Below, in pieces: positions 40,209-47,869 of a stretch of 64,000 nt of DNA. Made by a program: the position numbers and the translations under genes. Each line of letters starts with the position of its first letter. Position 1 is the first letter of the stretch. Under the pieces are notes generated by a model. It saw nothing but the letters and a program-made list of their open reading frames with translations. It had not been told where the DNA came from and did not search any database. The DNA lies in assembly GCA_964508765.1 (NCBI GenBank), contig CAZDVD010000002.1:20975-84974 (forward strand), given 5' to 3'. Source of the stretch: an uncultured Lentisphaeria bacterium (GTDB lineage: Bacteria > Fidelibacterota > UBA8477 > JABMPR01).

Positions 40209-42467
40209 ATTCTGCCCAATAGCTACCTGCCCTAGGGCAATTCCACCATCATTGGTTGGTACCTGTTTGTGGGTGAAAACTTCAAATCCGCTCCTGACAA
40301 GCTGATCAAACAAGGACTCAAAAAGTAGGCGGTTTTGAAAAACTCCACCACTGAGTACAATCTTAGATAAATTACATTCTTCCCGTAAGACATCAGCTAT
40401 TTGTGAGAATGAATTCACAAGGCTAAAATGAAACCACTGACTAAGCGCTTTCTGCGTTTTCCCTGACTGTATTCTGGTAACCAGGTTCTCAAGAATGGGT
40501 TCCATGGGAATAAACCGTTTTCCATCAACCTCTTTCAATCCAAATATACTAGCGTCTTCACCCAGTTCATTCTGTGCAGACTGCATGAACTCAATGGCTG
40601 CCTGCGCTTCATAGCGAATCTCTTGACAACCACCTGAAAGCGCTGCGACGGCATCAAATAGGCGTCCACAGCTACTGGTTAGAGGTGAATTAATCTTGGC
40701 ATCCAACATTTGAATAATGGGGTTTATATCACGGCCATTCAATGCCGAAATGTCAGGCAAGTTATCACCAAAAACTTCATGTAAATAGCTGAGACCAATA
40801 CGCCACGGTGATTTGATGGCTGCTTCGCCACCAGGGAGGGGCATAGGCTCAAAATGAGCTTTCCTTTCGAATCCAGAGGCATCTCCTATCAGAAATTCAC
40901 CACCCCAGATGGTACCATCTGTTCCATAGCCTGTCCCATCCATGATGATACCGATGACGGGCTCATCCAGATTATTTTCTGCCATACAGGATGCAAGATG
41001 GGCATGATGATGCTGAACACCCAGGAGGGGAATTCCTTGTTCTTTGGCCCATTTAGTGGAGAGGTACTCTGGATGCAGATCATGAACAATCAATTCAGGC
41101 TCAATTTCAAAAATTCTCTGGATATGATCTATGGTCATCTGGAAAAACTCAAAAGCCTCCAGGTTTTCCAGATCACCGATATGCTGACTCAGAAAGACTT
41201 TTTCATCCTTGGACAAACCGATCACATTTTTGAGCTCCGCACCTACTGCAAGAATCGATGGACCTTTGTCCTGCATAAAAATGGGTCGTGGTGCATAACC
41301 TCGGCTTCGGCGGATGGGGCGAATTTTGTCTGACATCTCCATGACCACGGAATCATCACTGCGCAAATAAATATCCCGGTTATGCAGCAGAAAATTATCA
41401 GCTAAATCAGCAAGACGCTCCAAAGCTTCATCATTATCGATACAGATGGGCTCTTCACTGAAATTTGCTGAGGTCATAACCAGTGTATCCAACTTCTCAG
41501 AGAAGAGGAGATGATGCAGGGGAGTGTAGGGAAGCATGATTCCCAGACGATCATTGCCCGGGGCAACATTCGAGGCAATACTGGCATCAGCCTTCCTTTT
41601 ACACAGGACAATAGGTGCCTGAACTGAGATGAGGGTATCGGTTTCTTCCTGATTGATATGTACCAGTGTGCGCGCTGTTTCCAGGTCTCTTACCATGAGC
41701 GCCAGAGGTTTTTCATCACGACCCTTTGCCAACCGAAGATGGCCGACGGCCTCAGCATTTTTGGCATCTACTGCCAGATGAAATCCACCCAGGCCTTTAA
41801 TTGCCAAAATCTTTCCCTGCGCTAAAAGTGCAGTAGTTTCAGAGACCGGATCTTTGGATTCGATCTTGTTACCCTTCTTATCTGTCAACCACACCTGGGG
41901 ACCGCATTCTGGGCAGGCATTTGGTTGGGCGTGGAAACGACGATCTGCAGGATTCTGATACTCAATACTACATGTTTCACAAAGAGGAAAATGCTTCATG
42001 GAGGTAAAAGGACGATCGTAGGGAATATTTTCAATAATTGTATAGCGAGGTCCACAGTTCGTGCAGTTGATGAAGGGATATCTATATCGACGATTCGTTT
42101 TGTCGAAAAGTTCATTTTTACAGTCATCACACAAGGCTACATCAGGAGAAATCAGGGTTGATACAGAAGCATTGTCATGTGATGCAACAATGATAAACTC
42201 AGCATCCTCTCGAATAGGAATATTTTCTGCCTTTACTGAAATGATGGTTGAAAGTGGAGGGGCTTCGGGACGAAGACGAGCCTCAAACTGGGAGAGTTGC
42301 TCTGAATTTCCCTGGATTTCTACCTTAACACCATCTGAGGTATTGTAGACGGAACCAACAAGCCCAATATCTCTTGCCAGAGCATAAATAAAGGGGCGGA
42401 ATCCCACCCCCTGAACGATTCCGTTGATTGTCAGTCGACGTCTACTATTTATTGGTCTATTGGGCAT
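40194..42467 (-). CDS. hypF: Carbamoyltransferase HypF
   Basis: 757 aa with an acylphosphatase domain (INGIVQGVGFRPF), two Zn-finger CxxC pairs, a YrdC-like domain and a Kae1-like domain. Confidence 0.92.
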   Translation of the reverse strand: MPNRPINSRRRLTINGIVQGVGFRPFIYALARDIGLVGSVYNTSDGVKVEIQGNSEQLSQFEARLRPEAPPLSTIISVKAENIPIREDAEFIIVASHDNASVSTLISPDVALCDDCKNELFDKTNRRYRYPFINCTNCGPRYTIIENIPYDRPFTSMKHFPLCETCSIEYQNPADRRFHAQPNACPECGPQVWLTDKKGNKIESKDPVSETTALLAQGKILAIKGLGGFHLAVDAKNAEAVGHLRLAKGRDEKPLALMVRDLETARTLVHINQEETDTLISVQAPIVLCKRKADASIASNVAPGNDRLGIMLPYTPLHHLLFSEKLDTLVMTSANFSEEPICIDNDEALERLADLADNFLLHNRDIYLRSDDSVVMEMSDKIRPIRRSRGYAPRPIFMQDKGPSILAVGAELKNVIGLSKDEKVFLSQHIGDLENLEAFEFFQMTIDHIQRIFEIEPELIVHDLHPEYLSTKWAKEQGIPLLGVQHHHAHLASCMAENNLDEPVIGIIMDGTGYGTDGTIWGGEFLIGDASGFERKAHFEPMPLPGGEAAIKSPWRIGLSYLHEVFGDNLPDISALNGRDINPIIQMLDAKINSPLTSSCGRLFDAVAALSGGCQEIRYEAQAAIEFMQSAQNELGEDASIFGLKEVDGKRFIPMEPILENLVTRIQSGKTQKALSQWFHFSLVNSFSQIADVLREECNLSKIVLSGGVFQNRLLFESLFDQLVRSGFEVFTHKQVPTNDGGIALGQVAIGQNFLSF

Positions 42468-42644
42468 TTAATTTGTTTGATAAATCTGTTTAGGTGTCAT
42501 CGCGAGCGACGAGTAGACGCGTGGCGATCTCAAATTCGAGCTTTCCCGTCTTCCTGAAAGTGCGCAGTACGGAGGGCAGACTTCGTCATTTCATTTCCCG
42601 CAATGACCAGACGAAATTTACAGATAGTATTGCGAAACACCATT

Positions 42645-43442
42645 CTACTTTGTTGTGTGTTCCCTCAGCCAATCATACCAGCTATCCATACCCTCGCCAG
42701 TGGTGGCGGATACTTCAAAGAATTCCAGGTGGTGATTCACCTGGAGCGCATACTCTTTACACTTCGCTACATCAAATTGCACATAGGGAAGCAAATCAAT
42801 TTTATTAATAATACAGATATCAGTGGCATCGAATATGGTTGGATATTTAAGGGGTTTATCATCACCTTCAGTTACACTTATGACGACAACCCGCTTGTCT
42901 TCACCTAGATCAAAAAGAGCAGGACATACTAGATTGCCTACATTTTCAATGAAAAGGGCAGAATTGTCCTGCAATTCCAACTCCCTGTATGCAGTATGAA
43001 TCATCTCAGCATCAAGATGGCAGCCATTTCCCGTATTTATTTGTAGGACCGGAACGCCTGTGGTGGCAATGCGATCTGCATCATTCATGGTTTGTTGATC
43101 ACCTTCGATGACTGCGCTGGGGATTTCATCCTTCAAAGCGGTCAGGGTTTTTTCCAGTAGAGTGGTTTTTCCTGATCCAGGTGAACTTACAAGATTTATG
43201 GCAAACACATTTTTTGCTTCGAAATATCCACGATTCCGCTGAGCCAGCAGATTGTTTTCCCCCAGGATATCTTGCTCAACAGCAATGGTTCGATCATGAG
43301 AATGATCGTGTGTATGATCGTGTGTATGATCGTGTGTATGATGGTCATGAGTATGGTGATGTCCATCTCCGTGATGGTGGTGGTCATCGCCGTGTTTTCT
43401 GAAGGTGGTACTGTCGGTTCCGCATCCACAGGTATCGCACAT
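42645..43442 (-). CDS. hypB: Hydrogenase nickel incorporation GTPase HypB with His-rich N-terminal region
   Basis: 265 aa starting MCDTCGCG, with a His-rich HHHHGDGHHHTHDHHTHDHTHDHTHDHSHD tract, a P-loop SPGSGKTTLLE and an ENVGNLVCPA motif. Confidence 0.9.
   Translation of the reverse strand: MCDTCGCGTDSTTFRKHGDDHHHHGDGHHHTHDHHTHDHTHDHTHDHSHDRTIAVEQDILGENNLLAQRNRGYFEAKNVFAINLVSSPGSGKTTLLEKTLTALKDEIPSAVIEGDQQTMNDADRIATTGVPVLQINTGNGCHLDAEMIHTAYRELELQDNSALFIENVGNLVCPALFDLGEDKRVVVISVTEGDDKPLKYPTIFDATDICIINKIDLLPYVQFDVAKCKEYALQVNHHLEFFEVSATTGEGMDSWYDWLREHTTK
43303..43338. repeat. 12-bp x3 perfect tandem repeat (ATGATCGTGTGT) encoding HTHD repeats within hypB
   Basis: Read directly from the sequence. 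The repeat is in frame with the His-rich tract of HypB. Confidence 0.85.
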
Positions 43443-43621
43443 ATTTATATCCTTTCAATATTTTTTAATCCTCTCGCAGAGATCGCGGAGCGTTGCATTG
43501 AGCCTGTCGAAATGACGCAGAGCTAAAAGTTTAAGCGATCTCTGGTCAAAACGGCTCTTCCATTTCTCAAAACCTCTGCGCCTCTGCGCGCTTTGCGAGA
43601 AATGATAGTACATTGCCAATT

Positions 43622-43966
43622 CTATTCATTTACACTTATAGCCCTTAGTTTGAGCTCGCGTCCCTGGAGTATATCGATTTCATAGCTTTCACACTTCGGG
43701 CAAAGTGCCATAAATGCATCGATCTCAAATGTATGCTCACACTTCTTACAGCATGCCATGGCTGGTAGCTCATTGATTGACAAGGTGGAATTTTCTGCTA
43801 GAGTTCCTTTACACACAGCTTCATAGCAAAAATTGAGGGAATCGATCATGACCCCAGACAACTTTCCCACATCAAGTTCTATGTTTGATATGGAGTTGGC
43901 ACCATCCTTCTCAGCCTCTTTACAGGCGATGTTGATAATATTCATGGCAATGGACATTTCATGCAT
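43622..43966 (-). CDS. hypA: Hydrogenase nickel insertion protein HypA
   Basis: 114 aa starting MHEMSIAMNIINI, with a C-terminal CKKCEH...CPKCES zinc site. Confidence 0.85.
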   Translation of the reverse strand: MHEMSIAMNIINIACKEAEKDGANSISNIELDVGKLSGVMIDSLNFCYEAVCKGTLAENSTLSINELPAMACCKKCEHTFEIDAFMALCPKCESYEIDILQGRELKLRAISVNE

Positions 43967-44295
43967 AAAATACTACTCCTCTGTTCATTGGAACAAAGGC
44001 AATATTAATGCCTTAAGACACAAGTTCAATAAAATATCCCAGGTACTGGTGAAAAAGATTAACTGCCAAGTAAAATGACTTTGGACACGAATGTCACCAA
44101 GCCTCTCGAATGAACACAAATGATTTTGAGGAAAAAGCATGTTTTCCAAACTGTTTGGTGTCTATTCGTTCAATTCGAGCTATTCGTGTCTATAGGATGA
44201 GTAGCAAATAATAATCGAAACTATGCCTCATTTCGACCAGCCTACGCTTCACCCGCCGCTGTTGGCGGGGCTTAGCTTCGGCTTGGCAGGCAGGC

Positions 44296-44919
44296 TCAAC
44301 AACCTCCTGCAGGTGCTTTTTTCTTCTTTTTGCGTTTTACTTTAGGTTTGTCAGCTTTGGTTTGGGTTGGAGCAGTCAAGGCCACTCCGCTGCCGCCACC
44401 AAAAACAGCACTGGCTGCTTTACGAAAATCATATTTAGCAAATTCTTCATCAGGCGAGGTTAAAGCAGGTTTCTGTGGGTTCATGATGGTATCAAACCAG
44501 TAATTCAAACCACCCTGCATAACATAGTTATTCTCAAAACCAAGCTGGCGTAGAATCATCCATGCCTGATGTGAGCCAATGGTTCCGTTGGAATAAAGCA
44601 CATTCATCATAATACCCTGATCTACATAATCGAGGTATTCATCCTTCAGGATAGCTGATATCGGTATGTTAATGGCTCCTTCCAGATGATATTTCTGGAA
44701 CTCATCAGGTGTGCGGACATCTATTAACTGGAGACTTGGATCTTTTGACACCAGCCAGTGAGCCACTTCATCGGCAGTCACCATTTCGGCAGCACCCTGA
44801 ACTTCAACCAACATGTCTTCCGCAGTAAGTTTATACGGTTTGGTTGTATTCTCAGGAACCATGGCAATCACCACGCCGAGAAGAAGTAATCCAATAAAAA
44901 TTATATTTCTGGTACTCAT
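44296..44919 (-). CDS. Membrane-anchored rhodanese-like protein with Cys-to-Ser active-site substitution and poly-Lys C-terminal tail ending in GGC
   Basis: The start at MSTRN gives an N-terminal TM anchor. The rhodanese fold (LIDVRTPDEFQKYHLEGAINIP ... VLYSNGTIGSHQAW ... QGGLNYW) has Ser where the catalytic Cys is expected. The C-terminus is KPKVKRKKKKKAPAGGC. Confidence 0.6.
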   Translation of the reverse strand: MSTRNIIFIGLLLLGVVIAMVPENTTKPYKLTAEDMLVEVQGAAEMVTADEVAHWLVSKDPSLQLIDVRTPDEFQKYHLEGAINIPISAILKDEYLDYVDQGIMMNVLYSNGTIGSHQAWMILRQLGFENNYVMQGGLNYWFDTIMNPQKPALTSPDEEFAKYDFRKAASAVFGGGSGVALTAPTQTKADKPKVKRKKKKKAPAGGC

Positions 44920-44920
44920 A

Positions 44921-45511
44921 TTAATACTCCTCTCTTGGCCATCTTTTTTCAGCCAATTCACCCAGCTTGAACATGATGAGGGCGGCAATAATCACCAATA
45001 GCGCCATGACACCACCAGAGATCCCCAAGACGTCTGATACTTTGAGGGGTCCCATGGATCCTGACATGTAAAAATCTTTGAGTAGGGGAAAACCTTCAGC
45101 GAAGAAGAAAATTCCCAGAAAAATTCCACCAATGAAAACCATGGCGTCAATTTTGCCAATAGCGGCGGCGCAAACACTGGTTCCAGGACAAAATCCTCCG
45201 ATGATAAAGCCGGCTCCCATAATCACTCCACCTACTATAGCACTTCCCATAAAAGTGGGATTAACATATATCAGGTTGAGATCAATCCAGCCAAAAAGAC
45301 TAAAGAAAAGTAGTCCCAGCATGGCGGTGATGGCTCCAGTAAAAAAGACTTTAAGCACAACCGTATCATAGCCATAAAACATTCCGGCCAATTTGCGGCT
45401 TGAGGAAAATCCGGCTTGTTCGAGGACAAAGCCAAATCCAATTCCGATAACGAAGGCGATGAGTAGATTCCAGTCAGCGCCAATAATTTCTTGAGGTACG
45501 AGAGGTCCCAT
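44921..45511 (-). CDS. YeeE/YedE (sulfur-transport, Sulf_transp) family membrane protein, half-size
   Basis: 196 aa with multiple TM segments and a GGFCPGTS signature. Confidence 0.75.
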   Translation of the reverse strand: MGPLVPQEIIGADWNLLIAFVIGIGFGFVLEQAGFSSSRKLAGMFYGYDTVVLKVFFTGAITAMLGLLFFSLFGWIDLNLIYVNPTFMGSAIVGGVIMGAGFIIGGFCPGTSVCAAAIGKIDAMVFIGGIFLGIFFFAEGFPLLKDFYMSGSMGPLKVSDVLGISGGVMALLVIIAALIMFKLGELAEKRWPREEY

Positions 45512-45520
45512 GATAGACTC

Positions 45521-46036
45521 CTATATCCAATTTTTTCTAAAGAAGAAAGCCAGAGCGAAGGCAGTTCCAAATATTGCCATCATTGAGACGAATCCTGCCA
45601 CAGATAAGCTAGCCATACCTGATAATGCGGATCCGCTGGTACAGCCTCGGCCCAATTGAGAGCCAAATCCAAATAGGATACCGCCTATTCCAGCAAAGAC
45701 GAGTCTACGATTGGCAGTAATCTTGGGGAAGTGCTCTACTTTCCATTTTAGGCGACCTGAAAAGGCACCGGATAGAAATCCACCGACCAAAACCCCGATC
45801 ATCTCGAAAACCAGCCAGGCTTTCATAGGTGATTTCCCCTCACCCACGTATTTGCTGTAATAGCTTGAGTTTGCTGTGTGTTCAGGGGCGACCACATTCA
45901 CAGCTGATACTACCACGCTCTTCACAGCACCACTTGCCCCCAGACCTCGGCCTGAAAAGAAAAATGCCATGAGGAGCACCAACCCCAACAGGACACCTGC
46001 CAGATAGGGATTCATGTACTTTGTTTTCATCATCAA
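45521..46036 (-). CDS. YeeE/YedE (sulfur-transport) family membrane protein, half-size
   Basis: 171 aa with multiple TM segments and a GRGCTSGSALSG signature. Confidence 0.75.
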   Translation of the reverse strand: MMMKTKYMNPYLAGVLLGLVLLMAFFFSGRGLGASGAVKSVVVSAVNVVAPEHTANSSYYSKYVGEGKSPMKAWLVFEMIGVLVGGFLSGAFSGRLKWKVEHFPKITANRRLVFAGIGGILFGFGSQLGRGCTSGSALSGMASLSVAGFVSMMAIFGTAFALAFFFRKNWI

Positions 46037-46213
46037 TAACCCTTATATAATTTCATTTAAAATGGACAGTGAATTGAATTCGTATGGATTGTGCATGAAT
46101 AGGTGTGTACCAATACCCTTCGACAGGCTCAGGGAGACAGTCTTGGGGTGTGTGTCATGCTGAGCTTGTCGAAGTACAACACACTTCATTATACGTATCA
46201 TATCCATCTTGTT

Positions 46214-47155
46214 TTAATACAACCAGCGGCTGGCTTGTCCGGCATCAACCACAATAACGCGCAGCATGAGATTCCCGGCCACAATGAGCACTACAGGCAC
46301 GATGGCAGGGATGAATTTATGTTTGAGTTCAAGTATTTCCAGAATCACAGGCATGATCAATCCAAGTCCTACGACAAAAACCCAGAAAGGAACGGTAAAG
46401 GCACCACCAAGGAACATCTGAGCGGCTTGGATGTGAACCTGGGTTCCAGCGAGATGCCCCATAAATAAATGGACAATCATGAAAAGTTCGATACCGATGA
46501 GTATGACATCGATGCGTGTAAACAAGCGCTTCTCCACTTCCGATTTAGAAAAGAAGGAAATCAGGGCAGCGCTAGCAGATAGTCCAGAAGTAAGGAATAG
46601 GGGACCAAGAATACTGGTGTTCCAGAAGGGTCTTGCATTAAAAGCGGACAACAGGATTCCTGTGTACATACCCAATATGACGGATAACAGAATCAGAATT
46701 TGAGCCATATATCGACGTTGGCCTTTCAGCCAGTTGATCGCTGTTTTAACTTCATCATACTTCCAATCCCATTTTGGAAAAATATCTTCCATCCAGGTGG
46801 CAATCCAGGCGATGGAGAGCGGCATGATAATACCGAGCGTCCAGGCGCCCCAGGACATGGGGGATTCCCATCGAATGTTGGTGAACAGTTGCCAGAAATA
46901 GAGAACATGGGATAGATCCATCAGGAGTGCAATCAATCCAATCCCGATAAGAAAAGGAACTGCCAGAGGCATCCATTTAACAGCGACTGGTAGTTCATCC
47001 TGGCGATTTCGTAAGGTGAAATACGCCGAGAAAATCAATATACCCGCTGAGATCCCCCCCAGGAATAGATAGAAGGGAATTTCCCACCCCCACACATGGA
47101 GAATGGGATCAATCTCGGGGTTCATACGTCCACTGGTGATAATTTCTTCAATCAT
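46214..47155 (-). CDS. NrfD/PsrC-type integral membrane anchor subunit of molybdopterin oxidoreductase
   Basis: 313 aa with about 8 TM helices and an N-terminal WGWEIPFYLFLGGISAG motif typical of the PsrC/NrfD family. Confidence 0.85.
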   Translation of the reverse strand: MIEEIITSGRMNPEIDPILHVWGWEIPFYLFLGGISAGILIFSAYFTLRNRQDELPVAVKWMPLAVPFLIGIGLIALLMDLSHVLYFWQLFTNIRWESPMSWGAWTLGIIMPLSIAWIATWMEDIFPKWDWKYDEVKTAINWLKGQRRYMAQILILLSVILGMYTGILLSAFNARPFWNTSILGPLFLTSGLSASAALISFFSKSEVEKRLFTRIDVILIGIELFMIVHLFMGHLAGTQVHIQAAQMFLGGAFTVPFWVFVVGLGLIMPVILEILELKHKFIPAIVPVVLIVAGNLMLRVIVVDAGQASRWLY

Positions 47156-47335
47156 ACTTATATCAATCCTTATGAAAAAAATGTTGCCACGGATGAAACA
47201 CAGATGAAACGTGGATGTTATTGCTTGTGTTAAAAGCTAGTCGATCAAAGCTATTTTTATGGTGTTTTATCAACATGTAGAACTTCTCTGCGCTCTCTGT
47301 GTGCTTTGCGGTTTATACTTTTTAAACCATTAATA

Positions 47336-47869
47336 TCATATTAAGTAGAATACTTTGGGGTCAGTCCCGGCTTCGGGGATCAGCGATTTCCATTTTCTGG
47401 TAGCCATCACCCTTGAAATATCACTGTTGGGATCATCCAGATCACCAAAGATCATGCAATGGGTGGGGCAAACAGCAACACAGGCTGGATCCTGACCTTT
47501 TTCAACACGATGGATGCAAAAAGTACATTTATCCACATAACCTTCTGGGTGAATAAAGCGGGCATCGTAAGGACAGGATGTGATACAGGCTTTACAACCA
47601 ATACACTCACTCTCTTCAACCAGAACAATACCACCTTCGGCATAATGACTGGCCTCTGTGGGACAAGTCCTCACACAGGGAGCATTTGCACAATGGTTAC
47701 AGCGTTCGGAACGAATTTCCAATTGTAGCTCGGGATAGGTTCCTGTGGTTTTCTCGACAATCCAATCCCTGCAGTAACCAATAGGAACATTATTTTCGGT
47801 TTGGCAGGCCACAACACAGTCATTGCAACCTACGCATTTCAGGGTGTCTATCGCCATGGCGTATCTCAT
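47336..47869 (-). CDS. 4Fe-4S ferredoxin-type iron-sulfur subunit (PsrB/PhsB/NrfC-like)
   Basis: 177 aa with four Cys clusters (CVGCNDCVVAC, CNHCANAPC, CIGCKACITSC, CTFC...C). The ATG overlaps the psrA stop (ATGA). Confidence 0.9.
   Translation of the reverse strand: MRYAMAIDTLKCVGCNDCVVACQTENNVPIGYCRDWIVEKTTGTYPELQLEIRSERCNHCANAPCVRTCPTEASHYAEGGIVLVEESECIGCKACITSCPYDARFIHPEGYVDKCTFCIHRVEKGQDPACVAVCPTHCMIFGDLDDPNSDISRVMATRKWKSLIPEAGTDPKVFYLI

Noticed and set aside
39540-40305. ORFs 39540-39728 (+) and 40057-40305 (+), which translate to GSMGSM… and PKTQKPKN… repeats
   Set aside because: These are translation artefacts of the microsatellites and of hypF/hypC antisense sequence.
42468-42644. 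hypB-hypF spacer (177 bp) examined for small genes or RNA
   Set aside because: Only weak antisense ORFs are present and no hairpin or terminator was evident. It is treated as an intercistronic spacer or internal promoter region.
44920-44988. N-terminal extension MPPSSCSSWVNWLKKDGQERSIN of the rhodanese-like ORF
   Set aside because: It overlaps the upstream YeeE/YedE gene. The start at MSTRN (44919) gives a clean TM anchor and no overlap.
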